Source: Candidatus Gorgyraea atricola (lineage in GTDB: Bacteria > Omnitrophota > Gorgyraeia > Gorgyraeales > Gorgyraeaceae). From it: a DNA stretch of 64,000 nt. The translations under genes were made by a program, and so were the position numbers. The stretch lies in NCBI GenBank assembly GCA_030765235.1, contig JAVCCW010000010.1:30907-94906 (forward strand), read 5' to 3'. Under the pieces are notes generated by a model. That model was not told where the DNA came from. It worked only from the letters and a program-made list of their open reading frames with translations, and searched no databases. Positions 40,542-49,125 of the stretch are shown piece by piece. The number at the start of each line of letters is the position of its first letter. Position 1 is the first letter of the stretch.

Positions 40542-40745
40542 TTAAGCTAAAGGTTTTACGTTAGCTGCCTGTTCTCCCTTTGGTCCTTGGACAATATCAA
40601 ATTCTACATCCTGACCTTCTGCTAAGGTCTTATAGCCGTCACCCTGTATGGCTGTGTGATGCACGAATACATCCTTGCCATCTTCAGGAGTAATGAAGCC
40701 GTAGCCTTTTTTATTGTCAAACCACTTCACTTTCCCTTTTGACAC
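40542..40745 (-). CDS. cspA: Cold-shock protein
   Basis: GKVKWF, KGYGFI, DVFVH; GTG start after GGAGG. Confidence 0.95.
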   Translation of the reverse strand: MSKGKVKWFDNKKGYGFITPEDGKDVFVHHTAIQGDGYKTLAEGQDVEFDIVQGPKGEQAANVKPLA

Positions 40746-40842
40746 TCTACTACCCTCCTTCCGTACACCTTGTTATGATACATTCAAACAAGGCAAAAAT
40801 TAGATTCTAGAGAAGTTTACCACAAGGTGGCCATTTTGTCAA

Positions 40843-41556
40843 TTATTTTTTGCTCCTACGCAGTTTCTTATATTTTCTTAGCTCATAGAATATACCTATG
40901 CCGTATTTTATGCCCCTGGATATACTTATCTGGGATGCCTCCTTGAAATAGCGAGTCTCTATGGGTATCTCTTCTATTTTGAAACCAAGACTCGCGGCAT
41001 CTATTAATATCTGGCCATCAAATAAAAAATCATCTGAATAGCTGTTCCAATCCGCAGCCTCCAGGAATCTGCGGCTGAATGCGCGAAAACCCGTATGATA
41101 CTCTGAAAGTTCCAACCCTAATACTTTATTCTCATATATAGTGGAAAGTCTGTTCGAGATATATTTGCATAGCGGCATGCCGCCTTTAAGCGCGCCTCCA
41201 TTTAAAACCCTTGAGCCCAGGACCACATCTGAGCGGCCATCCAATATAGGCTGGATCAGCTCCGGTATCTTTTTTGAATCATACTGATAATCAGGGTGAA
41301 GCATTACAATAATATCTGCTTCTTTACGAAGGGCCTCTCTGTAGCAAGTCTTCTGATTGGCTCCATAACCTTTATTACTATCATGGGCTACAAGGGTAAG
41401 ACCCAGATCCCTGGCTATCTCAACAGTCTTATCCCTGCTGTAATCATCGCACAATATGATCTCATCAACGACACCTTCTGGTATATCCCTGTAGGTCTTT
41501 TCCAGGGTAAGCTCAGCATTGTAGGCTGGCATTACAACTATTATTTTCTTATTCAT
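40843..41556 (-). CDS. GT2 DPM1-like glycosyltransferase
   Basis: MPAYNA, GYGANQK, LHPDYQY, EYHTGFRA. Confidence 0.9.
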   Translation of the reverse strand: MNKKIIVVMPAYNAELTLEKTYRDIPEGVVDEIILCDDYSRDKTVEIARDLGLTLVAHDSNKGYGANQKTCYREALRKEADIIVMLHPDYQYDSKKIPELIQPILDGRSDVVLGSRVLNGGALKGGMPLCKYISNRLSTIYENKVLGLELSEYHTGFRAFSRRFLEAADWNSYSDDFLFDGQILIDAASLGFKIEEIPIETRYFKEASQISISRGIKYGIGIFYELRKYKKLRRSKK

Positions 41557-41582
41557 ATCATTTGAATGGCAGGTCGGCAGGA

Positions 41583-42293
41583 TCAGGTATCCGGCATTTC
41601 TTCTGTTGCCTTTTCTTCATAGTCGTGAAATATGCTTTTTGCTTTTATGCTATGATCTTTCTCTAACGTCTTTAGTCTCTGCTCTAATTCATGCTGCATC
41701 TTTAACATGATCTTCACGACATCTGCTATTGGGTCAGGAAGATTCCCGTGTTCGAAATCCAATTCAAGTTTTTTCATGACCTTTTTTTCAACAATCTTGC
41801 CTGGTATGCCTACTACAGTAGCACCGCTCGGCACATCCTTTACAACAACAGAGCCAGATCCTATCTTGGCGCCATCACCTATTGTAATCGGGCCAAGCAC
41901 ACAGGCATTGGATCCTATTACGACATTCTTGCCTATCGTGGGGTGGCGCTTGCCTTTTTTAAGGGCAGTCCCGCCAAGCACTACACCTTTATATAGCAAG
42001 GCATCATCGCCTATTTCTGAAGTCTCTCCTATAACAACACCCATGCCATGATCCATAAACACACGCCGGCCTATCTTTGCCCCAGGATGTATCTCTACTC
42101 CTGTTAGAAATCTCGAGACATGAGAAATAGCCCTGGCAATAACATACATCTTATGTGCGTAAAAAAAGTGCGCCATTCTGTGGAACCATAAGGCATGAAC
42201 GCCTGGATAGCATAAAAATACCTCCAACCCGCTCTTGGCCGCAGGATCCTTCTCCATAGCAGACTTTATATCTTCTTTTATCCTATTCAACAT
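41583..42293 (-). CDS. cysE: Serine O-acetyltransferase
   Basis: [33 protein letters not shown]; start MLNRI after AGGAGG. Confidence 0.93.
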   Translation of the reverse strand: MLNRIKEDIKSAMEKDPAAKSGLEVFLCYPGVHALWFHRMAHFFYAHKMYVIARAISHVSRFLTGVEIHPGAKIGRRVFMDHGMGVVIGETSEIGDDALLYKGVVLGGTALKKGKRHPTIGKNVVIGSNACVLGPITIGDGAKIGSGSVVVKDVPSGATVVGIPGKIVEKKVMKKLELDFEHGNLPDPIADVVKIMLKMQHELEQRLKTLEKDHSIKAKSIFHDYEEKATEEMPDT

Positions 42294-42304
42294 ACATCCT
42301 CCTA

Positions 42305-42448
42305 CTACTTGTCTATATCCGGATCGCCGTCCAGTAATATCCAATCAATATCATCACCTATGCGCTCTGCCCGCGCCCTCGGATGCTCACATCCAACTAT
42401 GCTGGAAATCAATATCAATACTAGTATTATCCAAATAAAAGATCTCAT
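42305..42448 (-). CDS. Small 47-aa lipoprotein (not in ORF track)
   Basis: AGGAGG RBS; [47 protein letters not shown]; IVGC lipobox; fills the gap between kinase and cysE. Confidence 0.75.
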   Translation of the reverse strand: MRSFIWIILVLILISSIVGCEHPRARAERIGDDIDWILLDGDPDIDK

Positions 42449-42461
42449 ATGTACCTCCTGG

Positions 42462-43610
42462 CTATTTTGGTAATGTAAAATAAAATTGACTACCCTTGCC
42501 TAATTCGCTCTTGACCCACATCCTTCCGTTGTGAAGCGTAACTATATCCTTTGCTATGGGTAGCCCCAGGCCCGTGCCTTCTTTTTTCTCAGCAGTCACC
42601 CTTGTAAACTTGTCAAATACTGTGTCTATGTTCTCAGGGGCTATGCCTTCACCCGTATCTGAGACCTCCACCATTATTTCTTTCTCAAGAGTAGTACTTT
42701 TTACTGTTATCTTACCACCCTCAGGGCTATACTTTATGGCATTGCTTAAAAGATTGATGAATACCTGAGTTGTCTTGTCTATGTCAGCGTTTATACCAGG
42801 CATATCCCTTGCAAGATCTTTGTTAAGGGTCTGCTTTTTGTCTTTCATTATCTTGCTAAAAACAGCCAGGTTCTCTTCTATTATCTTATTTATGTTAAGG
42901 TTCCCCTTCTTTAGTTTCATCTTACCCGACTCTATCTTTGATATATCCAGCAGATCATTTACAAGCCTGGAGAGCCTATTTGCTATATTTACAGCGCCGT
43001 CGAGCATATCCTTTTGCTCTGGGGTCACTTTGCCGAGCCCTCCTTTAATAACCAGATCTGTATTACCTTTTATGATAGTAAGAGGTGTTCTGAATTCATG
43101 TGCTACATTCGCAACAAAGTCAGATTTGATCCTATCTAATTCCTTCAGTTTTCTATTCGCTGCTTCCAGCTCAGTGTTCTTAGCAGCGATCTCTTTCTGC
43201 AGGCGCTCTTTTTCCTTCTGCGCCTCAAACGCCCTTAATGCATTATGGATCACGAGGCTCAGACCTTTCTCAAATCCTTTTTCCTTTATTACATAGTCAT
43301 ACGCGCCCTGTCTCATTGCCAGCGTGGCAAATTCTTCATCACCTTTGTCTGCCATCATTATAACAGGGCCCTGCAGGTCTTTATATTGTAAATCAGAGAG
43401 TATTTCCAGGCCATTCGCGCCAGGCAGGTTATAGGAAAGGAGGATGACATTGAACGCTTCTTCGTCGACCTTTTTAAGCAGATTCCCCTCTTCTTGTAAC
43501 CACATCAACTCATACGAAACACCTGACGGCTTAGAAAGGGCCTCTTTTATTTTTAATATATTCTGTGAATTAAATTCTATTATCAATATCTTTATAATCT
43601 TATCTTCCAT
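42462..43610 (-). CDS. Hybrid REC-HisKA-HATPase kinase with atypical receiver
   Basis: HEFRTPL, NLLSNA, DTGEGI, GTGLGL; REC has ILLSYNLP (Ser at the phospho-Asp position). Confidence 0.9.
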   Translation of the reverse strand: MEDKIIKILIIEFNSQNILKIKEALSKPSGVSYELMWLQEEGNLLKKVDEEAFNVILLSYNLPGANGLEILSDLQYKDLQGPVIMMADKGDEEFATLAMRQGAYDYVIKEKGFEKGLSLVIHNALRAFEAQKEKERLQKEIAAKNTELEAANRKLKELDRIKSDFVANVAHEFRTPLTIIKGNTDLVIKGGLGKVTPEQKDMLDGAVNIANRLSRLVNDLLDISKIESGKMKLKKGNLNINKIIEENLAVFSKIMKDKKQTLNKDLARDMPGINADIDKTTQVFINLLSNAIKYSPEGGKITVKSTTLEKEIMVEVSDTGEGIAPENIDTVFDKFTRVTAEKKEGTGLGLPIAKDIVTLHNGRMWVKSELGKGSQFYFTLPK

Positions 43611-45109
43611 CAGGCCTCCGTCAATCTTATTATATCCTCAACATGAGAAAGCGCCTCTTGTTCGCCCTTTTTAATAAAATCATTCGCAAGATGAAAATCA
43701 GTCGAGCTGGCAGATGAAAGTACAGGTCGCAGGGCAATGTTTGCTTTTTTGCAGCTATTCTCTCCGAGCACATATTCCATGGACTGCATGGTGGCCATGA
43801 TAACGTCAAAGATGTTGGGTGTAAAAATTTTTCTTAAACGTTTCATTATAGATAAGCCTATCCTTACATTAAAAGGGGCTGTAAGCATAAGATTTTTCTC
43901 TTCGCTATCCCTCTTTTTTAAAAGCATATTTTTTTCATATATATCTCTGGGGCCTGGCAAGACATTCACGGCTATTATCTTTTTCACACCCTGCTTTAAT
44001 AATATATCTACAGGCACAGGATCTGAAACCCCGCCATCAATGATCACTCTTTCCTTTTCGACCTTGGGTTTAAATATGCCTGGCACTGCTATGCTCATAT
44101 AAACCGCGTCCGCAAGCAAACCCTTCTCTATCACAAGTGTCTCTCTGTTTGCCAGGTCGTATACCATTATCTTAACAGGTATTTCCAGATCTTCAAATGT
44201 TTTTTCCTCAAAAATCTTCTTCAGAAACCTCTTCAGTCTTTTTCCAGCCAGGATGCCTGATATAGGTATTGTAAAGTCCAGCAGTCTCATGATCTTTAGC
44301 TTGCTTCTTAGTTTTCTTGCTATACTCTCTATCCTGCCTGCAGAAAAACCAAGGCCGTGCATACCTGCTATAAGCGCGCCTATGCTTGAACCTGACACAA
44401 TGTCTATAGTTATGTGCCTATCCTCCAGCATCTTCAAAACTCCTATATGCGCCAGGCCAAATGCAGAGCCGCTTCCCAGGGCAAGACCCAGTAACTTGCC
44501 TGACTCTTTCTTTGCAATACGCAAGATCGCCTTTGAATAAAGGGCGTCCTTGGATTTTAAAACAAGTGGTATCCCGCTTGAGTCTAATGCTGCATCCATG
44601 ATACCTGGCTCAGGCACAATGGCTGAGATATTTCTTTTAACTAACCACGCCATTTCCTCTTTTGAAAATCTATCGAATATATTCAGCCTGTTTACAATAA
44701 TGCTTGTCTTGGAGTGAATAGGCTCGAGGTCCTTCTCGAGCAAAACTTCTAAAAATCCATGGCTGGCTCCAAGATCGTCTTTAGTTGAATCCACAAAAAA
44801 ATGCACGACATCAGAACATGTAAACATCCTATACAGTGACTCGTCTGCCTCGCCTGAGGCATTAATTACAGTATAAAGATAATCTTTTTTTACGTTCTCG
44901 ATCTGGCGCTCTTTAATGCGGCCTTGCCTTAGGCGCTCTATTTTCACATCACTGCTTATTTTGTATTCCAGAGTACTTAAGACATCAATAAATAAAACTT
45001 TGCCTTTTGTAATCATGGCAAGCGCTGCTGCAAGGTTTATTGCATACCATGTCTTTGCCTCTCTGTGCGTAGTGTTATATACTGCTATCACCTTGCCGTT
45101 ATCGCTCAT
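43610..45109 (-). CDS. Patatin-like phospholipase with degenerate MinD/CpaE-like N-terminal domain
   Basis: LGSGSAFG, GSSIG, DGG; N-terminal KT..AINLAAALA..VLFID. Confidence 0.82.
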   Translation of the reverse strand: MSDNGKVIAVYNTTHREAKTWYAINLAAALAMITKGKVLFIDVLSTLEYKISSDVKIERLRQGRIKERQIENVKKDYLYTVINASGEADESLYRMFTCSDVVHFFVDSTKDDLGASHGFLEVLLEKDLEPIHSKTSIIVNRLNIFDRFSKEEMAWLVKRNISAIVPEPGIMDAALDSSGIPLVLKSKDALYSKAILRIAKKESGKLLGLALGSGSAFGLAHIGVLKMLEDRHITIDIVSGSSIGALIAGMHGLGFSAGRIESIARKLRSKLKIMRLLDFTIPISGILAGKRLKRFLKKIFEEKTFEDLEIPVKIMVYDLANRETLVIEKGLLADAVYMSIAVPGIFKPKVEKERVIIDGGVSDPVPVDILLKQGVKKIIAVNVLPGPRDIYEKNMLLKKRDSEEKNLMLTAPFNVRIGLSIMKRLRKIFTPNIFDVIMATMQSMEYVLGENSCKKANIALRPVLSSASSTDFHLANDFIKKGEQEALSHVEDIIRLTEA

Positions 45110-46776
45110 GCCTCCCATATCCTCCTGGATCTTGGAAACCCCACACCCAACAATAATGCCAGATCAATATCTTCGCGGCTACCTACAATCCCCTCTTTTA
45201 AACACAATTCAGCCTGCCTTCTTATGGGGCATAAAAGTCGATTTGCTATGTCTTTTCGTCCGGATGACTGCTGCGTCTTTATTTTATCTCCAAGACCTTG
45301 CTCGAGTATCTCGCTGGCCTTATAGGCCACATCATGGCCGATCTCTTCTAAAAGGCGCAGGGGACCCACTGGCATACCAAAATCCAACATTGCATTCTCA
45401 ATATCCTCTGCATTAAAACCATTTTTCAACATAAAAAGGGCCTCATTTAGATATGGCAGGATCATGCGGTTTACAAGAAATCCGGGACTATCCTTGACCA
45501 CAAGGGGTATCTTTTTGAAGCTGCGCAAAAAGCCAATAGTTGAGCTCAGGACCTCTTTGCTCGTGAATCTCGTGGGAATAACCTCTACCAGCTTCATCTT
45601 ATACGCTGGATTAAAAAAATGCATGCCAATAAAACGCTCGGCATTCCTCAATGATCTTGACAATTCCTCAATAGAAATACACGAGGTATTTGTAGCTATT
45701 ATGCAATCCTTGCGTAACGACTTCTCTATCTGACTAAATAATATCTTTTTCTTTAGCGCATCTTCTATTATAGATTCTATCACTATATCAGTATCCTTGC
45801 ATACACCATTGCCAAATCTTATGTTTTTAATGCTTGGCCTCATGCCCCTGGAAATCGCATCTTTGCATATATTTTTTATATACGGTCTTGCCTTTTTTAA
45901 AACATTCTTATTGGCATCTGTTATATCGACTGGCAATTCTGTCTTTAAGCTTATTAGATAAGCAATATCCCTGCCCATTGTGCCGGCCCCTATAACTGAA
46001 CATCGCTTTAGGCGCGGGCTTAACAACTCAGGACCTTTATATTTATCAACCAACAAATATGAGGATAGCGCATTCTGTGCTGGCGGTTGAAAGATCTTAT
46101 CAATCACCTCTTGTCTCTCGACAGCCTCTACCTGTCCAACCGCGTAGGTTGGATTTAAATCCAACCTACGCGGTTGGACAGGTAGCCTTGCAAGCTTCTC
46201 ATAATCGCATTTTCTTGATTCTGGAATAATCTTGTCTATTATTCCCAGCTCTTTCGCCTCTTTTGCAAAAATCAACTCCCCTTTATCCATAAGAGAATCT
46301 GCTCTCTTTGATCCTATCTTTTCTTTTAATCTATGAGGACCGCCAAAACCAGGCGAGATGCCTAATTTTACCTCTGGGAGCCCGATCTTCACTCTCTTGT
46401 TTGTAGTAGCAAGTATATGGTCACAAGAGAGCGCCAGTTCCATGCCGCCACCGACACAAGCACCATCTACTATAGTAAAAGTCGGCATCTTTAAGTCAGC
46501 TATTTTGCTAAATAGCCTTTGCCCATTTTTACAAAAACTAACCACCTCTTTTTCTGTACGCATGGCAGCAAGCTCTTTAATATCTGCGCCCGCGATAAAG
46601 ACATTCTGCTTCTTGCTCGTGAAAAACAATGCGCGAAGTTCGACTTTATTACTTGTAACGCTATCTATGATACTCTCAAGCTGCTTGAAATTTTCTTTGG
46701 ATAACAGGTTTACCTCTGAATCAGGATCATTAAACTCTATAACACCCATATCATCTTTTTTGTAATAGGAGATCAT
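45106..46776 (-). CDS. Enoyl-CoA hydratase/3-hydroxyacyl-CoA dehydrogenase (short FadB/FadJ-like)
   Basis: FIAGADI, GGGMELAL, LPEVKLG, GAGTMG, TNTS, GMHFFNP, PGFLVNR. Confidence 0.88.
   Translation of the reverse strand: MISYYKKDDMGVIEFNDPDSEVNLLSKENFKQLESIIDSVTSNKVELRALFFTSKKQNVFIAGADIKELAAMRTEKEVVSFCKNGQRLFSKIADLKMPTFTIVDGACVGGGMELALSCDHILATTNKRVKIGLPEVKLGISPGFGGPHRLKEKIGSKRADSLMDKGELIFAKEAKELGIIDKIIPESRKCDYEKLARLPVQPRRLDLNPTYAVGQVEAVERQEVIDKIFQPPAQNALSSYLLVDKYKGPELLSPRLKRCSVIGAGTMGRDIAYLISLKTELPVDITDANKNVLKKARPYIKNICKDAISRGMRPSIKNIRFGNGVCKDTDIVIESIIEDALKKKILFSQIEKSLRKDCIIATNTSCISIEELSRSLRNAERFIGMHFFNPAYKMKLVEVIPTRFTSKEVLSSTIGFLRSFKKIPLVVKDSPGFLVNRMILPYLNEALFMLKNGFNAEDIENAMLDFGMPVGPLRLLEEIGHDVAYKASEILEQGLGDKIKTQQSSGRKDIANRLLCPIRRQAELCLKEGIVGSREDIDLALLLGVGFPRSRRIWEA
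46128..46185. repeat. 58-bp perfect palindrome (GTAG REP) inside the fadB-like CDS
   Basis: CTACCTGTCCAACCGCGTAGGTTGGATTT|AAATCCAACCTACGCGGTTGGACAGGTAG. Confidence 0.9.
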
Positions 46777-46779
46777 AAT

Positions 46780-46865
46780 AAAAAAAAGAAGCCGATAAAG
46801 ATTGATCGTATAGACGATCCGGCTTTGCCTGTTATCAGGCTCATCTTTATAACTTTATCGGCTTC
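46780..46865 (-). ncRNA. Candidate structured leader/attenuator RNA upstream of fadB
   Basis: 13-bp closing stem GAAGCCGATAAAG/CTTTATCGGCTTC, two inner hairpins, U8 tail, promoter directly upstream. Confidence 0.6.
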
Positions 46866-46871
46866 AATAAA

Positions 46872-46899
46872 AGTATAGCACAGTTTTTTACAAATTCAA
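46872..46899 (-). promoter_or_regulatory. Sigma-70 promoter of the fadB leader
   Basis: TTGAAT-16 nt-TATACT with extended -10 TG. Confidence 0.65.
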
Positions 46900-46901
46900 G
46901 G

Positions 46902-47312
46902 CTACCCAACCAACTTATATACTGCGTCGTGCTCCCTGGTCCTGACCTTTACCTTAATGCCTATTTCCTGTCCTACAGAAGCGCTTGCAATGGGAGCGCG
47001 GTCAAGCTGCATAGAATCTACCTTTTCCTTAAATTCAGTTGTGTGGCCTTTAATGACAATAGTATCCCCTTCGGCAAGCGAGCCTTTGGTCAGCTTTATA
47101 ACAGCTGCTTCAACATGGCCAAAATAATGAGTCACTATTCCGATCTCTTCCAGAGACATGCCAGCAGGTATAGAGATCTTAGATTTTGCCTTTTTCTTCT
47201 TGGCAACCTTTCTCTTTGACTTCCTTACAGCCTTCTTTTTCTTCTTCCGCTTTACTACCTTCTTCTTCCTGGCCACTTTTTTCTTGACCTTTCCCTTCTT
47301 CTTTTTCTTCAT
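46902..47312 (-). CDS. Lys-rich tail plus translation-elongation-factor-like beta-barrel protein
   Basis: K-rich N-terminal ~45 aa; IGIVTHYF, GDTIVIKGHTT, SMQ, GQEIGIK. Confidence 0.8.
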   Translation of the reverse strand: MKKKKKGKVKKKVARKKKVVKRKKKKKAVRKSKRKVAKKKKAKSKISIPAGMSLEEIGIVTHYFGHVEAAVIKLTKGSLAEGDTIVIKGHTTEFKEKVDSMQLDRAPIASASVGQEIGIKVKVRTREHDAVYKLVG

Positions 47313-47965
47313 GCCTCACCTCCTTTATTTGAATAAAAATCCTTTATTGTCTGCGAGACCTCTTTGGGTGTGTCTACAACGGTAAAGATGTCCAAATCTT
47401 TCTTGTCTATGCGATCTTCCTTTAACATGAAAGTCTTCATCCATTCTACAAGGCCCTTCCAATATTCATTCCCTACCAGTATGACCGGGAATTCTTCTAT
47501 CTTTTCTGTCTGGATAAGCGTGATAGACTCAAAGAACTCGTCCATTGTGCCGAATCCTCCTGGAAAGATCACAAAGGCCCTGGCGTATTTTACAAACATG
47601 ACCTTGCGGCAGAAAAAATATCTAAAGTCAATAAGGTTTGTTATGTATTTATTAGGCTTTTGCATAATAGGCACCTGGATGTTTAGACCTATAGAAGCTC
47701 CACCCGCATTCTTTGCGCCCTTGTTTGCCGCCTCCATGATACCAGGGCCAGCGCCTGTAATTATTGCATAACCGTCCTTGACCAGGCTTGCTGCAGTCTG
47801 CTCAGCTAATTTATAGTATTTATCCCCTGGCTCTGTCTTGGCTGAACCAAACACAGTAACTGCAGGGCCTATACCTGAGAGCTCCTCAAACCCATCAACA
47901 AACTCTGCCATTATCCTAAATATGCGCCAAGGATCTTCCTTGGTGAAATCGTAGTTCTTTACCAT
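47309..47965 (-). CDS. LOG family (TIGR00730) phosphoribohydrolase
   Basis: TVFGSA, GPGIMEAAN, RKVMF, PGGFGTMDE. Confidence 0.92.
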   Translation of the reverse strand: MVKNYDFTKEDPWRIFRIMAEFVDGFEELSGIGPAVTVFGSAKTEPGDKYYKLAEQTAASLVKDGYAIITGAGPGIMEAANKGAKNAGGASIGLNIQVPIMQKPNKYITNLIDFRYFFCRKVMFVKYARAFVIFPGGFGTMDEFFESITLIQTEKIEEFPVILVGNEYWKGLVEWMKTFMLKEDRIDKKDLDIFTVVDTPKEVSQTIKDFYSNKGGEA

Positions 47966-47975
47966 TAAACCCCCC

Positions 47976-48755
47976 TCAATGTAGCTCTACCGGTTTGTTC
48001 ATATAATCCGTATAATCGATCTCTCCTGTCAGCTCCTGTTTGACCATGCGTATACGATCAGCAATATGCGGGTGAGAGCGATAACTTCTATGCGGCCTTA
48101 TTGGTGCTTCTCTGTTCACCTCTTGCATCTTTTTTAAAAAACTCAGCATTGCCATGGGATCAAAGCCTGCGGCCTTTAGATATTTGATCGCGATCCTGTC
48201 TGCAAGCGCCTCATCTTCTCGAGAGTACTCCATGACCAGCTGGCCAAAGGCTGCATTGATCCTGCCATAGTCCTGAGCGCCCTGGCCTGAAAAAACCATG
48301 AGTAGCTGCAGTATATTAAATCCCACGCCGCCTTGCAATCTTTTCATGGAGTGTCTTGCTACGACATGCGCCACTTCATGAGCCATTACTGACGCCAGCT
48401 CATCATCTGTCTCGACCTTTTCCATAAGTCCTCTAAAAATAAATATATACCCGCCTGGCAATGCAAACGCATTGACATCATCATCATCTATCACCCTAAA
48501 CGTATAATTTACCTCCTGCCTATCAGAAACAGCAGCAATCCTCCTGCCAAGTTCTCTTAGGCGCTCTGCCTCCAGCGGATCCGGGTCTAATTCAATATCC
48601 GGATTCTTCTCAATACTATTCGCGATACTCCTACCCATGTTTATTTCACTCTCAGTGCTCACAAACATAATATCATCCCTACCCGTAACAGCATTATACT
48701 CACGCTCCACGCACCCAGCCAATAAACACACACATAGCACCAATATATACTTCAT
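47976..48755 (-). CDS. M48 family metalloprotease lipoprotein
   Basis: LAGC lipobox, NAFALPGG, HEVAH, YSREDE..AD, SHP. Confidence 0.9.
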   Translation of the reverse strand: MKYILVLCVCLLAGCVEREYNAVTGRDDIMFVSTESEINMGRSIANSIEKNPDIELDPDPLEAERLRELGRRIAAVSDRQEVNYTFRVIDDDDVNAFALPGGYIFIFRGLMEKVETDDELASVMAHEVAHVVARHSMKRLQGGVGFNILQLLMVFSGQGAQDYGRINAAFGQLVMEYSREDEALADRIAIKYLKAAGFDPMAMLSFLKKMQEVNREAPIRPHRSYRSHPHIADRIRMVKQELTGEIDYTDYMNKPVELH

Positions 48756-48835
48756 ATAGACATAAGTGTATGCCATAAAGGCCCAATCGTCAAATATATT
48801 TTTATTGAAGTTTTATTATGCCTAGATAGGTCGAG

Positions 48836-49101
48836 TTGTAAAGCTAAAAGGAGGCCTGTTCGCTCAGGGGAAAATTTCCCTCCTCGCCCCGCCCTTTCTA
48901 CGAAAGGGCGGGACTCGGAAACAGGTCGCCTTTCATTTTGCATTTTGGTGGGGCCGAAAAAACTTCACCCACACCATAGGTGTGGGTGTCGAACAGTTTT
49001 CGGCCTTTTTGTCTCATAGAATGTGACAAAATAAACCACCAAAATGCAAAATGAAAGACTAAATTTTCAATTCGCGAACAGGCCTCCTTTTAGCTTTACA
49101 A
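48836..49101. repeat. Nested-hairpin repeat element, copy B
   Basis: 28-bp perfect terminal IR; same orientation as copy A. Confidence 0.9.
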
Positions 49102-49125
49102 AGTAAGCGTACCTAAATAGGGTGT

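Noticed and set aside
46815-46850. Hammerhead ribozyme in the fadB leader (GATGAG-stem-CAAAG)
   Set aside because: Lacks the CUGA and GAAA core nucleotides
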